Under the pieces are notes generated by a model, which was not told where the DNA came from, did not search any database, and saw only the letters and a program-made list of their open reading frames with translations. Both the position numbers and the translations under genes were made by a program. A stretch of 63,960 nt of DNA, the filler included, from Lama guanicoe (lineage: Eukaryota), in the NCBI GenBank assembly GCA_013239625.1. It is 180 parts of 180 records of this genome, joined end to end, with 100 filler letters (N's around TTAATTAATTAA, not from the genome) between each part and the next. Parts side by side here need not be neighbours in the genome. Positions count along the whole stretch, not along the records: positions 50,522 to 50,777 come from PNXV01049398.1; positions 50,878 to 51,133 come from PNXV01049399.1; positions 51,234 to 51,489 come from PNXV01049400.1; positions 51,590 to 51,845 come from PNXV01049401.1; positions 51,946 to 52,201 come from PNXV01049402.1; positions 52,302 to 52,557 come from PNXV01049403.1; positions 52,658 to 52,913 come from PNXV01049404.1; positions 53,014 to 53,269 come from PNXV01049405.1; 172 more parts are not named here. The stretch is one strand, 5' to 3'. Positions 50,522-61,104 of the stretch are shown in pieces (position 1 is the first letter of the stretch; each line of letters begins with the position of its first letter).

Positions 50522-50776
50522 ACCGGCATCCTATATGCATTGCACTCCTTCGACTATGAGCAGTTCCGTGACCTTCAGTTGAGAGTGACTGCAAGTGACA
50601 GTGGGGACCCACCACTCAGCAGTAATGTGTCACTGAGCATATTCGTGCTGGACCAGAATGACAACACACCTGAGATTCTGTATCCCACCTTCCCCACTGA
50701 CGGTTCCACGGGAGTGGAGCTGGCACCTCGCTCTGCAGAGCCCGGCTACCTGGTGACCAAGGTGGTGGCAGTGGAC
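50522..50776 (+). CDS. PCDHGA: Protocadherin gamma-A variable exon segment (EC5-EC6), partial
   Basis: Open across the contig: [85 protein letters not shown], with DYE, AxDxG and DQNDN cadherin motifs. Symbol is subfamily level only. Confidence 0.96.
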
Positions 50777-52657
50777 ANNNNNNNNNNNNNNNNNNNNNNN
50801 NNNNNNNNNNNNNNNNNNNNNTTAATTAATTAANNNNNNNNNNNNNNNNNNNNNNNNNNNNNNNNNNNNNNNNNNNNTTAATCTTACCACATCAAGCACT
50901 GAAATGCCTCTTATTGTGTTAACCTTTAAATAGACTGCATAACGCCACATCTTAAGTTCTGTCCCCGAAGTCCTCAGTTTTTATTCATTTGGAGTAAAAG
51001 ATACATATATAGTTGTGTTTCCTGCTCATATTTCAAGGCTGTAAAATCCTAGATTTGAAAGCGAGCACTCAGCATGTTCCATTTACTTTTTAATGACACT
51101 ATTATTTGCATCACACATTATAATGTCAAAAAANNNNNNNNNNNNNNNNNNNNNNNNNNNNNNNNNNNNNNNNNNNNTTAATTAATTAANNNNNNNNNNN
51201 NNNNNNNNNNNNNNNNNNNNNNNNNNNNNNNNNGGTGACTAAGCAGAAGAGCGTGTCAGATGCTTAAAGCTATCACCCTGTATGTCGTATTCTGCACCTG
51301 TAAAGTTAAATTCTTTTAAGCCGAGTTAAAGACTTTCCTTCGACTTGTACTTAATTGTACCTTATGTATTTATCTTGTGAGTGTTGGTCCGTCTTTCCAA
51401 ATTTTAAAAAGTGTTTTGTTTTGTTTTGCTGTTTAGCCTGACACGGCAAGAATCAGATTCTACAGAGTCACCACTCCCAGCTCTGAACCNNNNNNNNNNN
51501 NNNNNNNNNNNNNNNNNNNNNNNNNNNNNNNNNTTAATTAATTAANNNNNNNNNNNNNNNNNNNNNNNNNNNNNNNNNNNNNNNNNNNNCCCAGCTTCCC
51601 AGACACAGCAGACCCTCGTTCTGCAGGAGGCTCCCCACTGACACGCACATACACACTCCACCTGGTGGACTCTTCGTCATCCTTTAAGAGCCAGGGCACT
51701 GTCATCACCTCTGAGGACTCTCCTTCAACCTCCCCAGCCCCGAGGAGGAACTCCTGGCTGTCTCCTGTGTCACTGTAACACTCTGTGCTTCCAGGGTTTG
51801 AGCTGATCACATTGGATCGTAATTGTTTGCATATCTGTTGGTGCCNNNNNNNNNNNNNNNNNNNNNNNNNNNNNNNNNNNNNNNNNNNNTTAATTAATTA
51901 ANNNNNNNNNNNNNNNNNNNNNNNNNNNNNNNNNNNNNNNNNNNNAGCCTCAAATTAGCATTTTTACAAACACATTTTCAATACTTTAAATCTCTGTAGG
52001 CCAGAGAAAACTGTCTGCTTTTGAATCTTATAAACATGGCTAGGTAATGATGCCTCCTGGAAAGAATCAACAGGAAAATTAAAACACTATCTTTCTTATA
52101 TGTTTGTGACTCTTATTTAAAACTGACAAATAAGTACAAAGAGAACTGCAACATTTGAAAATATGAAGAAATCCAAAGTTGAATTACTACATAGATCTTT
52201 TNNNNNNNNNNNNNNNNNNNNNNNNNNNNNNNNNNNNNNNNNNNNTTAATTAATTAANNNNNNNNNNNNNNNNNNNNNNNNNNNNNNNNNNNNNNNNNNN
52301 NAAAAAAAAAACAAAGTGTTAGAAACCATGATAAAGCAATGTGAAATTAAGAAGGAATATTTCTAACACTGTGCCATGCCATTAGAAAATATGACTATAT
52401 TTTAAAAATGTGACTTATTAAAAAAATTTTAGTATGTTTTCGGTCTAGAACAGGGACCTATAAGATAAAATTAAAATGTCTAGTATATGTTTATTTGGAA
52501 TTTCAGAAGGAAAGAAATGGGAGAATGGAACAGAAAAATATCTGAAGAAATACTGGTNNNNNNNNNNNNNNNNNNNNNNNNNNNNNNNNNNNNNNNNNNN
52601 NTTAATTAATTAANNNNNNNNNNNNNNNNNNNNNNNNNNNNNNNNNNNNNNNNNNNN

Positions 52658-52830
52658 GCATAATGCCCTCCAAGTCCATCCATGTTGCTGCAAATGGCAA
52701 AATTTTACTCTTTTGTATGGCTGAGTAGTATTCCATTGTATATAGCATTTTCTTAAGCCTGTTGATGGACACGTAGGCTACTTCCATACCTTGGCAATTG
52801 TAAATAATGCTACTATTAACATTGGTGGCC
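52658..52830 (-). mobile_element. L1 ORF2 end
   Basis: YTMEYYSAI...ILPFAATWMDLEGIM. Confidence 0.92.
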
Positions 52831-53164
52831 TCAGTGTTATAAGTCTTATTTCCTCCCATTATTCCTAAAATACTTGACATGCTGATGGAATAAAATTCTC
52901 ATAATTCTTGGGANNNNNNNNNNNNNNNNNNNNNNNNNNNNNNNNNNNNNNNNNNNNTTAATTAATTAANNNNNNNNNNNNNNNNNNNNNNNNNNNNNNN
53001 NNNNNNNNNNNNNCTGCCAACCCCTCCCCCCGGGCAGAGCAGCACTCACACACTCTAAGCTCCGCTGTGACCCCCTCAGCCCTCCCCTAACCCCATGGGG
53101 GCCACCGCTACCCACACACGCCGCCGCTCCCTTTCCCTGATGCCTGCTCTTGACTCCGGTCCTC

Positions 53165-53190
53165 GGGGGCGGGGCGGGGCGGGGCGGGGG
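53165..53190 (+). promoter_or_regulatory. Tandem GC boxes (GGGGC)n / potential G-quadruplex
   Basis: GGGGGCGGGGCGGGGCGGGGCGGGGG in a GC-rich contig. Motif is seen; function is not shown. Confidence 0.35.
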
Positions 53191-53369
53191 TGCTGGCCCT
53201 CCAGGCCCAGCACAGGACACGGGAGCCACCGGAGCTCCAGGGGCCTCCAGTGGACAGAGCCCCCTGGAANNNNNNNNNNNNNNNNNNNNNNNNNNNNNNN
53301 NNNNNNNNNNNNNTTAATTAATTAANNNNNNNNNNNNNNNNNNNNNNNNNNNNNNNNNNNNNNNNNNNN

Positions 53370-53625
53370 CAAGTTTCTGGAAATGTACAGTCCAACAAGA
53401 CTGAATCTAGAAGAAATAGACCACTTAAACAGCCTAATCACTAGAAATGAAACAGCAATAAAAAACTTCCCTACAAATAAAAGTCCAGGAAGAGATGGCT
53501 TCACTGGGGGATTCTACCAAATGTAGAAAGAAAAACTCATACCAATTCTTCTCAAATGCTTCCAAAAGATAGGAAGGGAGGGAATACATCCAAACTCATT
53601 CTATGAAGCCACCATCACCCTGATA
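53370..53625 (+). mobile_element. L1 ORF2 fragment
   Basis: AAAAGTCCAGGAAGAGATGGCTTCACTGGGGATTCTACCAA...AACTCATTCTATGAAGCCACCATCACCCTGATA. Confidence 0.93.
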
Positions 53626-53789
53626 NNNNNNNNNNNNNNNNNNNNNNNNNNNNNNNNNNNNNNNNNNNNTTAATTAATTAANNNNNNNNNNNNNNNNNNN
53701 NNNNNNNNNNNNNNNNNNNNNNNNNGGATTAGTTTATTTTTGGAGAGACAGAATAATTATATATACCTTGCTATAGGCAATGCAGGAGA

Positions 53790-53981
53790 GTTCCAGCCAC
53801 TCCATGTCCTTGCCAATACTGGGTGTTGTGAGTATTTTTAATTTTAGCCATTCTGCAAGGTGGGATGGTATCTAATTTTGATTTTAATTTGCATTTTTCC
53901 AATGATATTGATCATGTTTTCAGGTGCTTTTTTGATGGTCATATATCTTCTTTGGTGAAGTGTCTGTTCAAATATTTTTGC
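53790..53981 (-). mobile_element. Old L1 ORF2 3' fragment
   Basis: Antisense TTTTAGCCATTCT...TTTTAATTTGCATTT...GTGAAGTGTCTGTTCAAAT. Confidence 0.82.
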
Positions 53982-56900
53982 NNNNNNNNNNNNNNNNNNN
54001 NNNNNNNNNNNNNNNNNNNNNNNNNTTAATTAATTAANNNNNNNNNNNNNNNNNNNNNNNNNNNNNNNNNNNNNNNNNNNNTGTTTTATTTCTATTAAAA
54101 AAATTAAGAACCTCTGCACTCAATATAACATAATGTTACTGAGTTTTAAATCCAGAATATAGAGTTGTTAAGTGTGTCATTACTCATACTTATTTGTAAG
54201 TTCACAAGACAAAATGATTTGAAATTCTCCCTCCCCTCCCCCTACTCACTACTGGCTCTCACCTGAGCTCCCAGACTGTACATCAAAAAGCCTTTCAATT
54301 TACCCACAGCTGAACTCATCAGTTTTCCCCCAGAACTNNNNNNNNNNNNNNNNNNNNNNNNNNNNNNNNNNNNNNNNNNNNTTAATTAATTAANNNNNNN
54401 NNNNNNNNNNNNNNNNNNNNNNNNNNNNNNNNNNNNNTCCCAGAGAACCTGGTGATCCAGAACTACTTTGCTTGTGGAAAAACAAAAAGCAAAAAATAAA
54501 ACAAAACAAACCAACCAGAGACACTGGCTGCAACTTCTTCCTGAATCAGAACTTTGACGAGGAATGATACTGGGAGGGCAGGCCACTCACAGCCCCCATC
54601 CTAAGCTCACTCCACAAATTAGAAAACAATCAGAAGCCTTAGAACAAAACTAGCCAACTCCCCACCCTCCTAAAGTGGCCTCATTCCCACCTTNNNNNNN
54701 NNNNNNNNNNNNNNNNNNNNNNNNNNNNNNNNNNNNNTTAATTAATTAANNNNNNNNNNNNNNNNNNNNNNNNNNNNNNNNNNNNNNNNNNNNGAAAAAT
54801 AGAAATATTCCCCCCACATGAGTGTTGAATACATATAAAGTGCATATAAAGTGTCAGGGATCCTGGGAGATGCTAATGATACAAACTGAATAAGAAACGG
54901 TCCTTGCCCTCAAGGAGCCCAATTTTATTATGAAAGGCAAGGGGAAAGGGCAATATAGGGGTAGGAGATAAGATGTATAAATTATTAGGCATAAAATAAG
55001 CTAAAAGGATATATTTTACAGCATGGAGAGAACAGTAAATATAACTATANNNNNNNNNNNNNNNNNNNNNNNNNNNNNNNNNNNNNNNNNNNNTTAATTA
55101 ATTAANNNNNNNNNNNNNNNNNNNNNNNNNNNNNNNNNNNNNNNNNNNNAAGGAATTACATACATCTCACTTGAAACTGCCTTGAATGTGTAGGCTGAGC
55201 ACATACGTCATTTCAAAGCAAGGGCTGAGGATCTGCTGAGGAGAGACGGGCTAGTGACCCTTCTGTTCCCAGATCCTGCACTGGGTGACAAGGGTACCTG
55301 CAAAGGCTGCTCCCCATCTGTCCTCCATCAACATCAGGCCCCAGCCCCTGCCCCTACCTGGAAGGATTTCTCCTTTGAGGGACCCAAGCCCCATCCTCCA
55401 CTTGANNNNNNNNNNNNNNNNNNNNNNNNNNNNNNNNNNNNNNNNNNNNTTAATTAATTAANNNNNNNNNNNNNNNNNNNNNNNNNNNNNNNNNNNNNNN
55501 NNNNNTCAGAGGGGGTCACAGCACCGTCTCCCATCCCATCTGCTCTCCACAGTGCGACCCGGCCTTTCCCGAACTCAAAGTTGGAATCTAACTCCCCTCC
55601 AGCCTGGGCTGGCCTGTGACTTGACTGAACACAAGTCACACAACTGGTGCTGTGAGACTCTGAGGTCAGCAGGTCAGGTGCCCCACCTGGTCCCTGGGGT
55701 GCTTGGTTTGGGAAAGACAGCTGCCACCCAAGGAGTCCCCGTGCCCTGAGACTGCCACGCTNNNNNNNNNNNNNNNNNNNNNNNNNNNNNNNNNNNNNNN
55801 NNNNNTTAATTAATTAANNNNNNNNNNNNNNNNNNNNNNNNNNNNNNNNNNNNNNNNNNNNTCTAAGAAGTCTACCCTCCCAGACCCTGCAGCCTGTGTA
55901 TCTTCTCAAGAGACACACGTGGCCACGACCCACCATTCAGATTTCTTCCTGGCTGGCCGTGCCCACACCCCAGCCCCTTAAAGATAAATGACATTGCTCT
56001 GAAAATAGCAAACGCCGCTGACTGACACACCAAAGCTACATTGTCCGGGCTTTCCTCCAGCACAGGCCCAGCCCTGCCCTCCCTCAGCCTAAGTCTGCAC
56101 CTCTCGAGATGACCTAANNNNNNNNNNNNNNNNNNNNNNNNNNNNNNNNNNNNNNNNNNNNTTAATTAATTAANNNNNNNNNNNNNNNNNNNNNNNNNNN
56201 NNNNNNNNNNNNNNNNNGCCACCAAAGGACTCATTACTATCTACAGTGTGCAAGCAACTTACATGAAACACCAATAAGACAGCAGCTTCAAAAGAGAGAT
56301 GAATCCAGTCTATAAATAATTAGCTTATGAAGAAGGAATCCCAAAAACTAAAAATAAGAGATGATCAAAATTCTTTATTAATAAGAGAAATGGAAACTGA
56401 AAGAAAAATTAACTGTCAGGCAACACCCACTAGATCATTACAACTTAGAAGATACACAGTACCAACTACTGACNNNNNNNNNNNNNNNNNNNNNNNNNNN
56501 NNNNNNNNNNNNNNNNNTTAATTAATTAANNNNNNNNNNNNNNNNNNNNNNNNNNNNNNNNNNNNNNNNNNNNGGTTAAAACGGGAACTGCAGATCATGG
56601 GGTGGCAGGACCAGAGTCAAGGCTGAAAAAGAAGCCAGGGAAACCAGAAGACAAAGACTTTAAGAACACCCTAAGAGAATTTGAAAACTGCACCTCTTGG
56701 GGAGTGTTGGAAATGGTAGCTATCTTGATTGTGGTGGTGGTTTCATGTGTGTATACATCTATCAAAATTCATCAGATTGTACATCTGGAATATACGTAGA
56801 TTACTGTACAGGAACCATACCACAAAAAANNNNNNNNNNNNNNNNNNNNNNNNNNNNNNNNNNNNNNNNNNNNTTAATTAATTAANNNNNNNNNNNNNNN

Positions 56901-57285
56901 NNNNNNNNNNNNNNNNNNNNNNNNNNNNNTAAGCAATGTTTCCCCTCTGAAGGAGAGAAGAAAAATGTAAAGCCACACGTTTAGGTCGGCTCAGAGGGTG
57001 TTTGATTGGCACGTATCTGTGTGTTCTCGTTGACTGTCAGCGTCTGCCTTTGGTGCCCAGGCCCCATTCTCTTCAAAATGGCTGGTTTTGGAACCCCGAG
57101 CCTCCGCTGCGTGCGTGGACCACCTCTCAGACAGGTAGTTTTGTCAGCTCCCAAACTGGATAGTAGACACTTACTTTGGTTTTTTNNNNNNNNNNNNNNN
57201 NNNNNNNNNNNNNNNNNNNNNNNNNNNNNTTAATTAATTAANNNNNNNNNNNNNNNNNNNNNNNNNNNNNNNNNNNNNNNNNNNN

Positions 57286-57541
57286 GGGGGACTCCCACAG
57301 CTCCCAGCTTCTCTCTGAGGAGCGAAGGGTTTGAGTCCCACGTCAGGCACGCCAACTTTTCAGCCCTGCGCCTGAGAGATGGAACCCCAAATACCTGGCT
57401 TTGAAAGCAAGCAGGCTCGTGTCAGCAACAGCAACGGGCACAGCGAACTGCGAAGGCGCCCTGGGCTGGCACAGGCCCGCCTGACCACCCGCGCAAAGCA
57501 GCGCCCAGGCAGCTGGCTGAGAAGCGCCCGGTCTCTGTGGA
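57286..57541 (+). mobile_element. Probable L1 5' UTR fragment (CpG-rich)
   Basis: CTGAGGAGCGAAGGGTTTGAGTCCCACGTCAGGCAC...CCCCAAATACCTGGCTTTGAAA resembles recalled eutherian L1 5' ends. Confidence 0.55.
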
Positions 57542-57997
57542 NNNNNNNNNNNNNNNNNNNNNNNNNNNNNNNNNNNNNNNNNNNNTTAATTAATTAANNN
57601 NNNNNNNNNNNNNNNNNNNNNNNNNNNNNNNNNNNNNNNNNGCAGGTAAAAGGCCATCCCGCAAACGCTGGGGTCTGGCTTGGCTGAGAGAGGCAGGGCC
57701 AGCCCAACGCCACTGAACAGGGACGTGGCAGAGATAACGCACAACCTTGAAACCTCTTCCCCGACCCCAAGTGCCTGAGGGGGCCCACTGGACACCCCTG
57801 ACCAACAGTCAGAGGGCGAGAAGAGCCCAGTACCACCCGGAGAGGCATATGTGGGCAGCTTTAAAATGTTTCTTCTTAGGGACACTACTAGTTATGCNNN
57901 NNNNNNNNNNNNNNNNNNNNNNNNNNNNNNNNNNNNNNNNNTTAATTAATTAANNNNNNNNNNNNNNNNNNNNNNNNNNNNNNNNNNNNNNNNNNNN

Positions 57998-58253
57998 GTG
58001 TTGAGTCAGGACAGGAGACAGCTGTGCATTCTCATGTTGACCTTTCCACAGGTAAAGATTAGCTCCAGAAATAGATGTAGGTGTGTGTGTCCCCAGGGGT
58101 TCGTACACACCTACTCTTGAGGCCTGTTAGCTGTGAGGTCCTACAAGCACTCACACCCATGTCTCAGTGCTCAGAATCTTGGTTCCTAGTATCATTCTGA
58201 GAAGGGAACCCTGGTCCATCCATGAATTGTCCACTCCTTGGGAGAGGACACAG
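57998..58253 (-). repeat. Reverse-complement near-duplicate of contig 356-610
   Basis: Same ends; about 13 differences including one indel, counted by eye. Confidence 0.96.
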
Positions 58254-59778
58254 NNNNNNNNNNNNNNNNNNNNNNNNNNNNNNNNNNNNNNNNNNNNTTA
58301 ATTAATTAANNNNNNNNNNNNNNNNNNNNNNNNNNNNNNNNNNNNNNNNNNNNAGGTGGTCACTGGCTGAGAGTTAGGGCAGCAGGGGAGCAGGGAAGAG
58401 ATGCATTAGAACAGGGAGGAGACACATGTGAGGGTCCCTCTGGGAGAGTAGGAAAGTGAACTAACTAGGGAAACGGAGTTGGATTGCTAGGCAGTGCTGA
58501 GTGCCCGTTTGAGATGTGGAATCATGAACGTAAAGTGAGATCATCCCATTGGGGTTGTGGTTTCCAGTGGGGAAGTTCAGGCTTGGAAGGATGTTGTGAA
58601 GTTTAGTAGNNNNNNNNNNNNNNNNNNNNNNNNNNNNNNNNNNNNNNNNNNNNTTAATTAATTAANNNNNNNNNNNNNNNNNNNNNNNNNNNNNNNNNNN
58701 NNNNNNNNNTTATGCAATATTAAAAATCCTTTTCATCAACATTCATCTCATGAAGAAAATCTCAAAGCATTGAAAAAATGCCAAGCACCCAGCAGCAGGA
58801 TTTCTGTAATTCTGATTTTCACTTGAGATCTCAAATTGTATATCTGGCAGCAAATACAGCTAGTTGTTTGTTGTTCCTTGAGGTGAGAGCCTCATTTCAT
58901 TCATTTTGAAGAAAATGTCTATGAAATGCTCCAATCCAGAGTTGGTGTGTCATTCATTCTTTCAANNNNNNNNNNNNNNNNNNNNNNNNNNNNNNNNNNN
59001 NNNNNNNNNTTAATTAATTAANNNNNNNNNNNNNNNNNNNNNNNNNNNNNNNNNNNNNNNNNNNNTTTGAATGTGTGGAAGAACTTATTAAAGAGTGATA
59101 GCCTAGAGGCCTGAGCAGTCAACTGAAGGTACTGGTGGAGAATCTCAGAGAGCTTTTCCAGAAACCATAAAGGGATTTATTATTTCTGTAGCCACTGGGA
59201 AAACGTGATTAAGCATCAGATCCAACAGCTGACTGTACTGGATATGGAGATGAATTACTTTGTCAAACCTTATGCTAACATTAGAGGAGTGGCTAGAATA
59301 GGTTGAGACCTTTAGACTTGGCNNNNNNNNNNNNNNNNNNNNNNNNNNNNNNNNNNNNNNNNNNNNTTAATTAATTAANNNNNNNNNNNNNNNNNNNNNN
59401 NNNNNNNNNNNNNNNNNNNNNNTATATTTATGACATTTACAAGTATGTTTATAGCTGAGAAACAAAAAAAATTTCTCAGTTTTTGCTTAATAAGTAAATT
59501 TAGGATTCCACACTGTAGTAATAACTTTTACTTCTCAATACATGCTGGTGGGTTTTTTGTTTGTTTGTTTGTTTTTTGTGGGCTTTTTTTGTTTGTTTAG
59601 TTTTGTTTTCTGCTAGGTCTAAAATGTTATGGATTATACATTGTTTTATGTGGGTCTTGGGCTTCTGGTCTATAAAATNNNNNNNNNNNNNNNNNNNNNN
59701 NNNNNNNNNNNNNNNNNNNNNNTTAATTAATTAANNNNNNNNNNNNNNNNNNNNNNNNNNNNNNNNNNNNNNNNNNNN

Positions 59779-60005
59779 CTGAAAGCTTTTTCTCTAAGAT
59801 CAGGAACAAGACAAGGATGCCCAGACCACCACTTCTTTTCAACTTCGTACTGGAAGTTTTAGCCAGAGAAGTTAGGGAAGGAAAAGCAATAAAAAGCATC
59901 CACATTGGAAAGGAATAAGTCACACAGTCGCTATTTGCAGATGACATTACAGTACCTAAGAACCCTTAAAGACTCCACCAGAAACCTGTTAGAACTAATG
60001 AATTT
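59779..60005 (+). mobile_element. L1 ORF2 RT fragment
   Basis: AGATCAGGAACAAGACAAGGATGCCC (GTRQGC) and CTATTTGCAGATGAC (LFADD). Confidence 0.94.
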
Positions 60006-60847
60006 TATTCTTCAGTAAAATGAAGAATAAAAAANNNNNNNNNNNNNNNNNNNNNNNNNNNNNNNNNNNNNNNNNNNNTTAATTAATTAANNNNNNNNNN
60101 NNNNNNNNNNNNNNNNNNNNNNNNNNNNNNNNNNTCATTTGCTCAGACCTCTCTCACACCCAACATTCAAGCCCCAAGGAAATCCTTCTGAACTCAGCTT
60201 CAGAATATTTGCCTGAGTACTCATCCCCATAGCCTTTGCCCTCATCAAAGCCGCCATCACTTGGGTCACTGAAAGAGCCTACTCAGTGGGCTCCAGGCTT
60301 TTATCCTTGCCCTCCTGCAAAGTAGTTATCCCTTTAAGATGTAAGACATCACATTCCTCTGATTAAAAATTCACAATGGCTTCCCACCTCNNNNNNNNNN
60401 NNNNNNNNNNNNNNNNNNNNNNNNNNNNNNNNNNTTAATTAATTAANNNNNNNNNNNNNNNNNNNNNNNNNNNNNNNNNNNNNNNNNNNNTGTCTGGCAA
60501 CAGGTGCAAGTGTACATTCCTAAATATTCACTGAAAAGCCAGGTAAGTCTGAAATCTTTGCCCCAGACATCCGTAGGTATTTTACCAGAAGTGGGTTCAA
60601 GTCTTCTCTAAGCTTCTGTTTATTTTATTATCTATAAAATTTGGATAATAAATTCGGTCTAAGAACCAAAATTGCAAATTAACTTTCCCAGAATTGTCAA
60701 GTCACAATTATTTATTGAGAAGCTAATGCTGCATGAGGAAAAAGTAANNNNNNNNNNNNNNNNNNNNNNNNNNNNNNNNNNNNNNNNNNNNTTAATTAAT
60801 TAANNNNNNNNNNNNNNNNNNNNNNNNNNNNNNNNNNNNNNNNNNNN

Positions 60848-61104
60848 CCTTAACTGCCATTGTGATGGTTTTTTGAAAATGGGACCTGTGAGGAGGAGAT
60901 AGAAGTTAAATGAGGTCACAAGTGTGGGGACCGAGTCTGACAGAACGGCGCTCTTACAAAAAGAGGAAGAGACACCAGAAATCTCTCCCAGCTTGTGCTC
61001 AGAGGAAAAGCCATGTGAAGACATACTGACCATCCACAAACCAGGAAGAGAGCTACACCTGAAACTGAACCCTGCCTGAACCTTGACCTTGGACTCCCCA
61101 GCCT
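60848..61104 (+). mobile_element. MaLR LTR (MLT1A-like)
   Basis: TTAAATGAGGTCACAAGTGTGGG...AAGAGGAAGAGACACCAGA...CCATGTGAAGACA...CCTTGACCTTGGACTCCCCAGCCT. Confidence 0.85.
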
